Both the position numbers and the translations under genes were made by a program. This document shows positions 43,951-56,990 of a DNA stretch of 64,000 bases, piece by piece (the stretch's first letter is position 1; every line of letters begins with the position of its first letter). The notes below the pieces were generated by a model. It was not told the origin of the DNA. It made no database searches and saw nothing but the letters and a program-made list of their open reading frames with translations. The stretch spans positions 24,480,001-24,544,000 of the forward strand of contig CP086569.2 of assembly GCA_009914755.4 (NCBI GenBank). Reading direction: 5' to 3'. The stretch is from the human T2T-CHM13v2.0 reference genome, Homo sapiens.

Positions 43951-46894
43951 GCTGAATGCTATAAATAAGATTGGAACTTGCTCTGCTTTTACAAGACCAC
44001 TGTTAGATGACCACTGACAAGAAGACTGTGAGCTGGTCTCTGTAGGAAGCAGGGGCCTGGGCAGCTCTGGGGGCAGAGGAGACAGGCCTGGGGCAGAGAC
44101 ACCTCAGGGCATTTTCAGAAGACAGCCAAAGCAGCCATTCCAGCTTGCCCAGGTAGATGGCAAGTCAATGGGACATGATTCCAGGAAGGTAGGGAAAGAT
44201 GGAATTCTGGAGAGCATTGGACCTCAGATTGGGAGTCTGAACGTCTTTCCATATGCATCAGGAAGCCATGGAAAATTCACAGACTGGAGTGACTTTGGCA
44301 AAGGTGGGATTTAGGAAGACAGATCAAGGCACGGGATAGACCCATGGATGAATAGCCTTCTGGTCAGTTTGTGCCTGTGGTTTTCTATGCTGAGGAGGTG
44401 GGAATGTGCTGGGTTAGTCAGCTGTGGATTTGTGTCCCTGCCTCACCTCACTCCCCACTGTCGTGGATTTGTCAGCTCATCTGTAGTGCGATCCCTGAAG
44501 AAACACTCAGCTCACTCAGCTTGTTTCTAACCCAAAACACTCTGCAGGGCCCATCCTCTCGTCTTTGCCTGGGGATGCCAGACCATGCACTGCGGATGCC
44601 TTCCACCTTAGCACTAGTGGGCTAAATGATGACTGCCTTGCTGTCCCAACACCACCCATCAAAGGGAAGACATCACCACTGGGGTCAGTACAGCCCAAGT
44701 GACAAACTCTATTCCCTCCTTTCTCTCCATCCCATGGACCCTTGATTTGCTAAGTGGGAAGACACTTTCTCATGGTTCAACATCACCTAATCTGCACAAT
44801 TGCTTCTGTAGGCTAACTCAGCCAGAAACCCTTGATATCTGGGCAAAAGTGCACATAACTTTTAAAAGGATTACTACTGCTTTTAATATTCCCTCTGTCT
44901 TAAGTCAGACCACCACCAAGGGCAGATCAGAGTTAATATTATATATCAAAGTCCTGCCATCAGCCTGTAGGATTTATTACTAACATCTGTCCACTTCAGA
45001 GCTATGGGAACCAATGGAATTGGATCTAAGGTTTTGAGTTGGCTCTTGTGCATGGAAATTTGATGCAAACACTCTAATTTATTGGCCCTAAAGGGCTTTG
45101 GCAAGTCATTTTGGCAAGTCACCCACTGAACACAGAGTGAAATTTGCAGAGGTTTCCCCTCTGCTCGAACAGTGGTGTTCTCAGCACGTACAGGGAAGTT
45201 CTGACCCCTTCCAGCCAGGTGAGCTAGGGGATTTTGCCTACCCTTTCTGAACCTCAGTTTTCTCATCCATAAGATGGGAATAAAAACATGGTCCTGGATA
45301 CATGTCTCATGCTAGGCACTGAGGCAGGGTACTCTCTCCCCTGAATGCCTTGCTATTGACGCATCACCAGTAAGGCATGCATTCATTGCACAGAAACTTA
45401 GGCATATGCCTACCAACATGCCCGATGTTGTGTGAGGCCTGACCCCTGTGAGGATGGACTTCCATCTGTGTGAATGGATTCATGAGACCAGCCCTCACTC
45501 TCAGGACTGAGGGCATTGGTGCTCTAACTTGTCTGAATATGGAATCAGCTGGAGAGATTCTGTAAATTACCAGTCCCATTCCCCCCCTGAGATGCTGATT
45601 TCATCGGTCTGATTTCATTGCAGCCTGGTCGTTGGGATGTTTAAAACTCTCCCTAGGAATTCCAATGTGCAGCCAAGTTTGCAACTACACGGAGCCAGGT
45701 TAGTGGTGCGGTCAGCATGGTGATAATTGGGCTCATGAACCCATGACCTCAGCTTCATCAGGAGACCCACTGTAAGTACTGGCCCAACAGGAGGGAAAGG
45801 AGCTGAGTCAGATGATACCACTGAGGGGCATGAGCAAATGAAAAAACAGGAACCCAGCCATGAAGCTCGGCCTGAGTGTTGGAGATGCCACTATAGAGAC
45901 CCTGGTCTTAGCAATCCAGAATTTTCCCCAGTAGAAGGGAGAAGCAAAGATTATCCTGGCCGGGACTGTGTAAGGCCTTTGAAGGTTGACCATCCACCTC
46001 ACCCTGCTGTTTCCCTCCTTCCCTGCAGAACAGCCATTCACCTGAATGTTCCAGGCTTTTGGTTAACAACCCCTGGTCTTTTATACCCATTCACACTCAA
46101 AATCAGGGGGAATTCCTTGAAATGGTTAAAATGCAAAAGTGAAATTTAGAAGCCCTACGAATGAACTAACAATCCAACAAAAAATTCCCAACACTTTAAG
46201 CAAATGCTTTTCAGGCAGAGCCTTCAAATTGCTACTGTCCCACTATCTTCTGGAATCGTGTGTGTGTGTGTATGTGTTTGTATGTGTGTGTAGAGGAACA
46301 GGTGAAGCAGCAACCATAAGATAGCCTACTTCAGGTCTGGCACCTGTTTTCACTGCTGTCATGCCCTCTTCACTGAGATCCTGACTTAAATATGTACACA
46401 TGTGAATGCTGATTTCTTAGCATGAATTTTAACTCAGCTTCTGCTCGAGCATCAATGATTCCCAATTCCCATCAGAGTGAATGGCCCCTTCCTGGTCTCT
46501 ACAGTCAGTCCTCTGAAGCTGCTCAGCTGCACCCCTGGGAGCTGAGGGGCCAACTCTGACTCCCAAGAAGGTGACCTCTGTCTGCCTTCCAGGGCCAGAG
46601 ATGCAACATCACACACACACACTGCCTTTGGAACGTATGATTAAGCTTTTGCCAGTAGCCTGACAGCTTCCAGCAGCTTTGTCTGACACTGTGTCTGCTT
46701 CTCTGTGCCAAAGTCACTGAAACAAAGGGACTGCAGATGTTGCTGTGAAGTCCTTCCAATTCTCTAGGACAGAGGAAAGCACTACATTGGGTGGGGGGTG
46801 GAGTGGGGATGATGGACTGTGGGAAACCGGCATGATGGGCATGAAACAATAAAAATGAAGCTGATTTTCTTCATACCACTTGCTGCCATAGAGA

Positions 46895-47012
46895 TACATT
46901 TGTTTCTGTGTCCCTCTCACTGGAATGTAAACTCCCTGAAAGCAAGGACTTGGCTTATTGCTGTATCCCAAGAGCCTGACACAGTGCCTGGCACATGGTA
47001 GACACTCAATAG
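46895..47012 (-). mobile_element. MIR SINE 3' region (antisense)
   Basis: ctgtgtccctctcactggaatgtaaactccctgaaagcaaggacttggcttattgctgtatcccaagagcctgacacagtgcctggcacatggtagacactcaatagatgtttga ~ MIR ..cagtgcctggcacatagtaggcgctcaataaatgtttg. Confidence 0.6.
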
Positions 47013-47020
47013 ATGTTTGA

Positions 47021-47135
47021 GATAGGGAGGAAGGGAGAGAGAGAGGGAGGGAGGCAGAAAGGGAGGGAGGCAGAAAGGGAGGGAAAGAAGGAGCAAGGAA
47101 GGAAGGAAGGGAGGGAGAGAGGGGTGGAGGGACAT
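47021..47135. repeat. purine-rich (GGGA/GGAA/GAGA) low-complexity tract, ~115 bp
   Basis: gatagggaggaagggagagagagagggagggaggcagaaagggagggaggcagaaagggagggaaagaaggagcaaggaaggaaggaagggagggagagaggggtggaggga. Confidence 0.9.
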
Positions 47136-48184
47136 AGACTGTGGAGTTGGATAGACTTGGCTTTAATCCTTTCTGTAGCAATTCTAGCTGTGTAAAAATA
47201 CACGAGTGAGTCATTTATTTTCTTTGAGTCTCTTTCTTCATCATAGTACCAATTAACAGGGCTGAGGTAGAGAGTGATACATGTAAGGTTGCTAGCACTA
47301 TTGGCAATCAAAACATGAGAGCTACTTATTTACATTGTGAGTATTGCTACTACTGATATTATCAGTTCTGGACATTACTAATGATGTGAGCACTGGTCTT
47401 TCATCAGAGATTACTGGATAAGGAACATTTACCGTCTTGTCTCTGCTCATTGTGCTAAAGTTCCTTCTTTATCCAACAACACTTTCTCCTGTTTTCCCAA
47501 TTTAGTGAAAGGATTAATCTTTTCACTCTCATTCTTCCTGTTTTGTTTCCCATAATATGGGTCCCATCCTTCCTCATGAGATGGGTATCTCAGCAATTGA
47601 GCCCACCCCACCCACATATTTGACCCTGATCCAAGACCCTCATTTCTGGGAATGAACCCCAGATCAGCCATGATAGAGGATAGCCTGGTTTTATCTTGCT
47701 TCTGAGCAGGATCCAACAATTCTCATAAAATTCTCCCCAGCCTGTTCAGTGGAATTGTCAAAGCATCATTTTCAAAAAGTGTAAACATGATTCTTATATA
47801 AGTCTATAGGGAGTGTGTATAAAGATCTGTTTACTTCACAAAAGAAGGAACCAGAGGATGGTAAAGCTGTTTGAAAAGAGAATTGGAAGGAGAAAGATTT
47901 GGATAGACCATCAGAAACAGCATGCTGACATAAGTTTGCTAATTTGGAAACCTCACTCATTAATGTCCTGTAGAGTAATAAAATCTTTTTACAGGACAAA
48001 AATCATTTGTATCTCTACCAGACAAAAATTAACAGGTAACTTGGCAGAGTCTGGGCCCTAATCAATAGTAAATAGTAAGTCAAACAAAAGTACCTTCCCT
48101 TAGAGAGTTAAAAAAATCTTTGGTGGTTTGTTAGGCAACCTTCCAGTATGGCATTAGAAAGACGTGCAGTCATCCTATTTTTAA

Positions 48185-48494
<310 letters not shown>

Positions 48495-49000
48495 AAGTTC
48501 AGGAGACATTTTTAAAACAAAATTGGTCTCTCTCAGCGTGGTGGATGTCCCTGCAGAATTTAAAAATTCTATTATGTTCTAGATGTCTGATGCTGTCAAT
48601 TCTCAATGGCCAGAAGAGGGCATCTGCCCAGATCAGTTCAGGTGTCTATCCCTGGTCAATCGCCTGTGCCCAGGGCAGCATATCAGGTACACAGGACTGT
48701 TTCTTCCCTGCTATTGGTAGAAGAGCTTTTCTAAGAAGGGGATAGGCTGGAATGGAAGAAAAGAGTCCAAAGAGGAAGGAACCACAACAGAAAGAGAATT
48801 GCTTTCCTTTCAGTTGTGGGAGCACCAGCTTAATGCCTCTTTTCCACATTTGCCCAGCAGAGGAAATGTTTGGGCCGAATGACAGAAAACCTAGGGTAGC
48901 CTCTTTGGTGCCTCCTGACAATCACAGAAGCAGGCTGGGATCCTACCCAGGTATGGCAGAGCAAGTGAGCCCACCTAGGTGGGAATCCTTACCCTCCTAA

Positions 49001-49407
<407 letters not shown>

Positions 49408-50529
49408 TGGGGATTTCTAAGTCCACTTGGCTCTCTCCCCTCTGGGCCTCAATGGGCAGCATTTTATCTGTAGCCTTTTTATCTTATAATAGTTTAACTA
49501 ATGGATCTATTTTGAGTAAGGGATATGTACAAATTCTTTTGTGATTCCAGGAGGAGATGAGAAGAACAAAGTGCAATTATAAAAATATCACTGTCACCAT
49601 TATCTCCAATCAGCACATCATTCACAGTGACAGTTCTAAGAGCTTTATATGGGAAAAGTGTAATCTATTGCAAATAGAGGGCCATCATTACTACTCTTAG
49701 GCTCCCTTTAGGATTAGGGATGCAGGTTATCATCTAGGTCCTGCGGTCTCCTGGAGAGAGCAGGGAGCACCATCTCCATTAGTCGAAAGAAAGAAACGTA
49801 AATGTTATGAGATGAGACTAGGGCAATGATTCCCTGTTCTTGAGACAACCAGTCGATTCGGTGTTGAAGAAAAACTCAGTAAGCTTTGATGCCTTGCTCT
49901 TAACCTACAAACTTGGTAGAGCCACAGAAAGAACATGGAGCAAAATGAAGACATGGTTTAGTTCCTCTAAGGATCCTTTCATACTTAGGCATTGCTTAAT
50001 CCAGTTGACTGATTTTTCAAAGAATCTTGCCATATCTGATTTGAAAGCACACAAAGTAGGTGGCTACTTCACGCCTCATCTCTTGGCTCTAGGATCATAT
50101 TGGGATCAGGCTTTGGGATCAGGTTCTTTGCAGATCAGAAATGGCATAGGGGAGTGTACCAGGAATCAGACAAACCTAAGCACACATCCAGATTCTGCCA
50201 TTTTTTTTTTAGCTGTGTGGGAAAATCTCTTTGCTACTGACATGGTTTGGCTCTGTGTCCCCACCCAAATCTCACGTTGAATTGTAATCCCCAGTGTTGG
50301 ATGTGGTTTCTAATGGTTTAGCACCATCCCCCAGTGCTTTCTCATCATAGAGTGCTCATGAGATCTGGTTGTTTAAAAGTGTACAGCATTCCCGCTTTAG
50401 CTCTCTTCCTCCTTCTCCAGCCAAGTAAGACATGCCTCCTTCCCCTTCACCTTCTGCCATGATTGTGTTTCCTGAGGCCTGCCAAGCCATGCTTCCTGTA
50501 TGGCCTGTGGAACTGAGAGTCAATTAAAC

Positions 50530-50532
<3 letters not shown>

Positions 50533-50602
<70 letters not shown>
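50533..50602. repeat. (TTTC)n tetranucleotide microsatellite, ~17 units (derived from Alu tail)
   Basis: tctttctttctttctttc… directly read. Confidence 0.95.
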
Positions 50603-50758
50603 TTTTGTTGAGATGGAGTCTCGCTCTGTCACTCAGGCTGGAGTGCAGTGGTGTGATCTTGGCTCACTGCAACCTCCACTTCCAGGATTCAAGCAATCCT
50701 CCTGCCTCAGCCTTCTGAGTAGCTAGGATTACAGGTGTGTGCCACCACACCCAACTAA

Positions 50759-50795
<37 letters not shown>

Positions 50796-50913
50796 AGTAA
50801 ACACGGGGTTTCACCATGTTGTCCAGGCTGGTGTCTAATTCCAGACCTCGTGGTCTGCCCACCTCAGCCTCCTAAAGTGCTAGGATTATAGGCATGAGCC
50901 ACCACACCCAGCC
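50603..50913 (-). mobile_element. Alu SINE nested in the MaLR LTR; contains internal (TG)16 at 50760-50793
   Basis: ttttttgttgagatggagtctcgctctgtcactcaggctggagtgcagtggtgtgatcttggctcactgcaacctccacttccaggattcaagcaatcctcctgcc ... ctaaagtgctaggattataggcatgagccaccacacccagccc. Confidence 0.92.
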
Positions 50914-52204
50914 CACCTCTTTTCTTTATAAGTTACCCGGTTTCAGGTAGTTCTTCATAGCAATGCAGACTAATACAACTACTTTGAGTCTCACCTTTCC
51001 TTATTTGGAAAAATATTTCCATTGAAGTGTTATGGTGAAGATTCAATACAATTAAATGATATAACATATGTAAAGGGCTTAGCAATAATCCAATGGCTAA
51101 TAAGCAGCCAAGGAGTGGTAGCTCTCAGTATAGTCAGCCTCTAAGAAGAGAGCAAATGTTTATTTTCAAGAAGAATTATGCAGAAAGGGCCACTTTCAGT
51201 CTACCATCCCCCCAAATTCCTTGAAGGAAGGATGATGTGAGCAGCAAGGGAAGAAAGGGGAGTGGGTATGATATACTATAGAACCTGCAAGGAATGAAGT
51301 CCCTCTGTCTGTGTGTGCCTATATCAATAATTTAAACTTACACATTCATGAGATGCACTGTGTTTATTAGGGTGTACATGTGTCCCTAAGAATCTGAGAG
51401 TTCCTGAGAGACAGAGATGGTGTCTTACTCATCTGCTCTCCCCAGGTCCTGGCTTACTACCTGGCACTTATTGGGTAATAAATGTCTGTTGAATGCATGG
51501 AAAAAGGAAGGTAGGAAAGGTATGAAGGAGAAGATGGAGGTCACGACCAGTAGAAATCTCAGCTGTTCTGCCTGGGCTCCATGTCATCTCCCAGCTATTA
51601 GGCCCATTAGAATGTAAGCACAAATGCCTAGAGAATGACTAGCTTCTTTGGGACTCTGCTGACTAGACATGACATAAGACTGGACGGCTCCTGGGGAACT
51701 TCCAAGAGCTGGCTCCAGGCAGTGACTAATCCTAGCAGCTGCTGGCTTGGATGCCTCTCTCCCTTCCTTATTTCCAAGATTGGTCACCTCCTGCTCTGAA
51801 ATAGCAATTGATTTTCAGACATGAGTTGATAGAGCCATGATTTTCTAATACTGTTCCAAAGGGGCTAAAGTACCTCTGAGGAGCAGTGCAGGCTAGGATC
51901 AAACTCTCCCTACCTTCCACTCCACTCCCTACCTTGCCCCTCCACCTCTGCCCACTTTCTATTTCCTCAGGCACAGCAGCTTCTACCTTATGGATTACAA
52001 ATTCTGGTCATCCATCTATGGTTGCATTAAGAAAAGAGTACTGCTACTTTCATTTTCTTTTCTAACCACTGCCCTAGAAGAATAACACCTCACATTCTCT
52101 GGTAGACTGAAGCCTGCAGCTGCAAGGATGCTCAGAAAACCAGACTTCTATTCATTGGCCACTTGCTGCACTTTCTGTCCCTCGATCCTTGCAACGTACC
52201 TTTG

Positions 52205-52335
52205 AGGTAGGCATAAAAATCCCCATTTACAAGTGAGAAAACCAAGGCAAAAGAGGTTCAGTTTATTTCAGGCTCAAATGTGCTTCCAATAGCTTATAGC
52301 CTCTACAGCTAGTGTTTGAACCCAGGTCTGAAACA
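52205..52335 (+). mobile_element. MIR SINE fragment
   Basis: tccccatttacaagtgagaaaaccaaggcaaaagaggttcagtttatttcaggctcaaatgtgcttccaatagcttatagcctctacagctagtgtttgaacccaggtctg ~ MIR core (ccccattttacagatgaggaaactgaggctcagagaggttaagtaacttgcc…gatttgaacccaggc). Confidence 0.5.
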
Positions 52336-53469
52336 AATAGGATTGACAAGGGGAGGGAAAAGAGGAACAGAAATTCTTTTTCTATAAGACAATTGTTTAT
52401 GCAGCCAGGATTTCTTAAAGTCCAGTTTGTGCCTAGGACATAATCTTTGAATTTGCTTTGTTTCTCGATGAATAACTTGGAAGCTATTCAAATAACTTGG
52501 AAGCTTCCTTTAAAAGGAACATCAGGAGGTGATTTTTGACTAACTCTAGGTGTACTTTCTGAGCCAAATAGATTTTTAAATAAGAAAATGAGAGGACGTG
52601 AGCTTGAGGAAAATGATAGGCATTCCAACCTCACCTGCTTGCTGACGACCTCCACGAGATTTCAACAATGATTTCAAATATTACACTTTTTAAGTCAGTG
52701 TGACTTAAGTATGAAATTGCCTCTCCCTAAAGCTCCCCTAAGGCCTAAACAGTCATCATTACCATAGCTGTGACAGGGAGGCTGTTGAATTTATAATCTA
52801 TTGGCCATTCACAGCATAGCGTATAAACCTAGCTCATGATTTCTTTGCAATAGAAGTGCACTTTTTCATCATATTCCCTTCAAAACTTACTCACCATATC
52901 AGACTTTGAGCTCTCCTCCTGGCTTAGCCTGGATCATTTGAAATTGTCATCCATCCTTTGGCCTCAATACCTAAACTAAGGTCTATGAACAATAAGATGA
53001 TTTTCTTCAGTGGGACTTTTTTGTTTCATATAATATTAGATATTTCCCCTGATACAGGGCTCAATCTTTTTCTTTTTAAAGCAATATTTCTCAAAGTACT
53101 TTTCACAGAACTTAAGTTTCATTAAGCACTTCACTAAAAGAAAAGTCTGTGATCTAATAAATTTGGAAAATATTGAGAATTAGAGCCCCCATTAGATATG
53201 TACCGTAGCTACTCAGCTTGCTACAGATGAAGTAAACATTGTAATATTCACCCAGCTTTTGAGTGATGTCTATTAACGTCACCCAAATGAGTATTCCATG
53301 GAATGCACTTTGCAAAAACCTATTATTCAAGAAACTTCTGGAGCATGAAAGCTATTAACGATAAATCCATTCACAAAATCACACCAAATATCTAAAATCA
53401 TGTTTAAAATCTCCTAGAAATGGGTTGAACTGCCCACTTCAGAGACAAAGTGATTCTTTTGTAATAACG

Positions 53470-53650
53470 AGTTTTGTTTAGTGAGTACTTATTATCTCAT
53501 TGAATCCTGAGGACTACCTCACAAGGTAAGTATAGCTCTTTTCATTACACATGACAAACAAGACTCAGAGAGGTTAAGTAACTTGCTCAAGATCACAAAA
53601 CTGCAGAGTGACAAACCTAGAATTTTAAATCTAAGCTCAAAGGGTCACCA
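53470..53650 (+). mobile_element. MIR SINE
   Basis: gagtacttattatctcattgaatcctgaggactacctcacaaggtaagtatagctcttttcattacacatgacaaacaagactcagagaggttaagtaacttgctcaagatcacaaaactgcagagtgacaaacctagaatttta. Confidence 0.6.
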
Positions 53651-53956
53651 AACCAAATTTGGGTCCACCCACCCAGCCTATCAAAGTCAAGCACTGATAT
53701 CAGCATTGCTGAGACAGAAGTTGAGGAATTTATTGCAGGCAGCAAGCAAGGAGTATCAGGCAGCTAATCCTTAAGGCCTAATCTCCCTGATGGCTTATGT
53801 GTAAGGGTTTTTAAAGGGGGGAAGGCAGAGGTTGCAGGCAAGGTCATACAATACATGGAGGCTACATATTGGTTTGGCCAAAAAAGGCAAAATATCTCGA
53901 AGTGAGGGCCCACAGGATAGGTGATCATTAGATGAATTAAAAGATTTTCTGATTTG

Positions 53957-54259
53957 AGACCAGGTGCAGTGGTTCACACCTGTAATCTCAGCACTTTGGG
54001 AGGCCAAGGTGGGTGGATAACTTGAGGCCAGGAGTTTGAGACCAGCCAGACCAACATGGCAAAACACCATCTCTACTAAAAATACAAAAATTATCTGGGT
54101 GTGGTGGTGTGCACCTGTAATCCTAGCTACTCAGGAGGCTGAAGCATGAGAATCGTTTGAACCTGGGAGACAGAGGGTTCAGTGAGCTGAGATCATGCCA
54201 CTGCACTCCAGCCTGGGCAGCAGAGTGAGACTCTGTCTCAAACAAACAAACAAAAACCC
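53957..54259 (+). mobile_element. Alu SINE full length, tail (CAAA)n, 17-bp TSD aaagattttctgatttg
   Basis: agaccaggtgcagtggttcacacctgtaatctcagcactttgggaggccaaggtgggtggataacttgaggccaggagtttgagaccagccagaccaacatggcaaaacaccatctc ... ctgggcagcagagtgagactctgtctcaaacaaacaaacaaaaaccc; TSD at 53940-53956 and 54260-54276. Confidence 0.93.
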
Positions 54260-54556
54260 AAAGATTTTCTGATTTGTGATTGGTTAAGTTTTGGCTACAA
54301 ACTTGGGGTCAGCAGAAAGGAATGTTCTGCTCTGGCCTGTGGGTGTGACTTCCTCCAGGTCCCTCAGGAAGAAATTTAGAACAAAGAACAGTTGTGAGAG
54401 TTCAGTCTTCAGTTCCTCCTTATCTGAGATCTATGAGTCAAGAGGTGGTATTTTCCATTTAGCGGGGTCTGGATTTCTACAAAACAACTCAGGGACATAT
54501 GTTAAGATGTTATCTCTAGTTTCTATAGGGAAACAAATATTTTGTGGCTCTACTTT

Positions 54557-54671
54557 TCTTTTTTTTTAATTTAACTTTAAGTTTTAGGGTACATGTGCAC
54601 AACGTGCAGGTCTGTTACGTATGTATACATGTACCATGTTGGTGTGCTGCACCCATTAACTCATCATTTAA
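54557..54671 (-). mobile_element. Severely 5'-truncated young L1 (L1PA-like) 3'-end insertion (~105 bp + poly-T), flanked by ~20-bp TSD tttgtggctcta(c/a)ttttctt
   Basis: tttttttttaatttaactttaagttttagggtacatgtgcacaacgtgcaggtctgttacgtatgtatacatgtaccatgttggtgtgctgcacccattaactcatcattta = reverse complement of L1PA/L1HS 3' terminus (..taatgggtgcagcacaccaacatggcacatgtatacatatgtaacaaacctgcacgttgtgcacatgtaccctagaacttaaagtataataaaaaa); tttgtggctctacttttctt at 54541-54560 and tttgtggctctaattttctt at 54678-54697. Confidence 0.85.
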
Positions 54672-55834
54672 GATTAGTTTGTGGCTCTAATTTTCTTGAC
54701 TATTGTTTTAGGCTATTATTACCTTCTTACTTATCACGGTGCTCATCTACTTCTTGAGCCTAGGCAGGTGGCTGGAATTTTCCTTGGAGGGACTCAAGAG
54801 TTTCCTTTATTTTTCATGCCTTAAATGGGTCTGTTCTCCCTCTCCAAAGCTCAAGCTTTTAAGGACTATGCTATGGTTAGATTTTTTGTATTGGAGCCAA
54901 CCTTCCCTCCTACTCAAGAACACCCCTTCTTCAGACAGCCTGGCTGGGTCTTCATCCTGGGAGAGCTCATGAAACACAAACCAGATCTTGGCCCTCACAT
55001 GTGTCTAGGTAGAGCTGACCCTGGGCAACACCAAGCGTTCCCCCAATTTTGCATGCCCCAGCCAATTCAGAGTCAAGATCCATGCTCATCTCCTTCCCTG
55101 CAAAGTGCTAATGATGAAGGATGGGGATCAAGTCAGCAAACTCCAGAAATGCTCTTAGACTAGGAGTCAAGCCTTGAGATCCTATTACACACCAGATTCA
55201 TTCCCTGATTAGAGCTGCTGAATTCTTTTACTGTCACTGCGCTCATGCTAAAATTTCTTTCCTCTAGCCTCCTAGCCCCAGAGGAGGCTGAGCCATGATA
55301 CCCATTGTCAAGCAATAAATATTTAAGGAGCCCCTGAGATATGTCAGGCACCATCGTAGGTGCTGGGACAAGTGAATGTGACCAGGAAAGTCCCTCCCCT
55401 CTCAGAAGTTCTTTTCAAGTTGGAGGACAGCAAATACAGAAATATAGAGTCTAACATAACAACAGGGAGTAATAAACACTTTGAAGAAAAATAAAGTGGA
55501 ATAAGAGGGTAAGGTTGCCATAGGGTTCTCTGGGCAGTCTTCTATGGGAAGGCCACTTGTTGGGGCAGAGAAACAAAAGATGTCTGAAAGGAGGACTACG
55601 GGCCCCCCATAAGTGTGCTCCAGTCAGTGCACAGGGCAATGGGCATGTAATTTCCTATGATTAAGACCTACAGTATGTACAATATTACTGCAACAGACAC
55701 TGAGACTGACTTAGCATTGTTTCATAGCATCCGAGTTGCTCTGTTGGAGGAAAGTGCATGTGATGGGCATTCATTTGCTTCCGCCATCAGACAGATTCTC
55801 TACCTTTGTCCTTCCTACAAGATTCCCTAGGAAG

Positions 55835-56144
<310 letters not shown>

Positions 56145-56759
56145 GATTCCCTAGGAAGCTGACTCCCACTGAATGTGCCACTCAGGAGTCCCTGCTCTCT
56201 AGATTACAGTTGAGTTTGCTCAATGCAAGGCCCCAGCAGAAATGTTGAAAGTAAGAGCAAATAGATAGTTAACCACTCTTTAAGACAACAATGGATGTAT
56301 ACTTCTCTGGCCTCAGCTCCTGTGGGGAAGCTCCAGTGCCAATCCCTGGGTGCTTCACCATTTTCAATTAGTTTCTGAACCTTGTAAACAGACCCTTCAC
56401 TAAATTCTTCCTAGTTAACCCTTTGAGAATGAAACCATTTCCTGCCAGGACTCTGGCAGATACAAAGAACCCACAGCTGACTGCTGGGTCCCCGGCAGAC
56501 CTAGTGCATGGCTCCACACTGCCATCTTGGGGGCTGGCACATGCTGGCACTGAGTCTGGGGAAGGGAGCTGGGGCTGGAGGTGTGGAGGGGAAGACCGTG
56601 CATAGTTGCTTCCTGATCAGCTCTTTATTTGATTGAGAGTGAGGCAGGGAAGATTAGAGGGGAGCTTACAGTGGAATTCAGGGCTGAGGCTGCTATTCTT
56701 TTGCTCCTTGTAACTTCCTACAGTGTTGTCAGCATCCACATACTTCTCTGTGGGGTTGG

Positions 56760-56990
56760 TCTCAGAGCCAGGTTACCTTGTCTTAGGTCCAGTGGCACCC
56801 TGACTGGCTTGGTGTCCTTGAATAAGTTAACTAACCTCTCCATACCTCAGTCCCTCAGCTGTAAAATTAAAAAAAAAAGAAGAAGAGTACCTACTGTATA
56901 GCATTGATTTGAAGATTGAATGAGCTGGTATTATACAACGTTTAGAAGCAGTGCCTGACACGCAAAAGGCTCTCAACAAATACTATCCTT
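56760..56990 (-). mobile_element. MIR SINE (antisense)
   Basis: ggtgtccttgaataagttaactaacctctccatacctcagtccctcagctgtaaaattaaa…gtacctactgtatagcattgatttgaagattgaatgagctggtattatacaacgtttagaagcagtgcctgacacgcaaaaggctctcaacaaatactatcc ~ revcomp MIR (cttgggcaagttacttaacctctctgagcctcagtttcctcatctgtaaaatgggg…gtgcctggcacatagtaagtgctcaataaat). Confidence 0.55.

Larger units (their letters stand above)
50238..50978 (+). mobile_element. MaLR LTR (THE1/MST-like), probably solo LTR, ~430 bp of LTR interrupted by nested (TTTC)n+Alu at 50533-50913
   Basis: tgacatggtttggctctgtgtccccacccaaatctcacgttgaattgtaatccccagtgttgg ... ccatgattgtgtttcctgaggcctgccaagccatgcttcctgtatggcctgtggaactgagagtcaattaaacatctttc [insert] ctcttttctttataagttacccggtttcaggtagttcttcatagcaatgcagactaatacaa ~ THE1 consensus tgatatggtttggctgtgtccccacccaaatctcatcttgaattgtagctccc…gtgagtccattaaacctctttcctttataaattacccagtctcgggtatgtctttattagcagtgtgagaacggactaatacag. 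Confidence 0.85.

Noticed and set aside
46714-47214. 166-aa and overlapping 101-/72-aa minus-strand ORFs with proline/serine/leucine-rich translation
   Set aside because: The ORFs lie over the 115-bp GGGA/GGAA low-complexity tract and the adjacent MIR. Low-complexity peptides (…LPPSLSASLPLSLPSSLSQ…) arise from purine-tract periodicity. No coding signal.
49840-50280. 146-aa plus-strand ORF immediately upstream of and running into the MaLR LTR
   Set aside because: It ends inside the LTR (tgacatggtttggctctgtgtccccacccaaatctcac). It shows no similarity to gag, pol or any protein I recognise. I considered a MaLR internal region, but there is no polypurine tract before the LTR and the segment is too AT-rich and featureless. 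Likely chance ORF.
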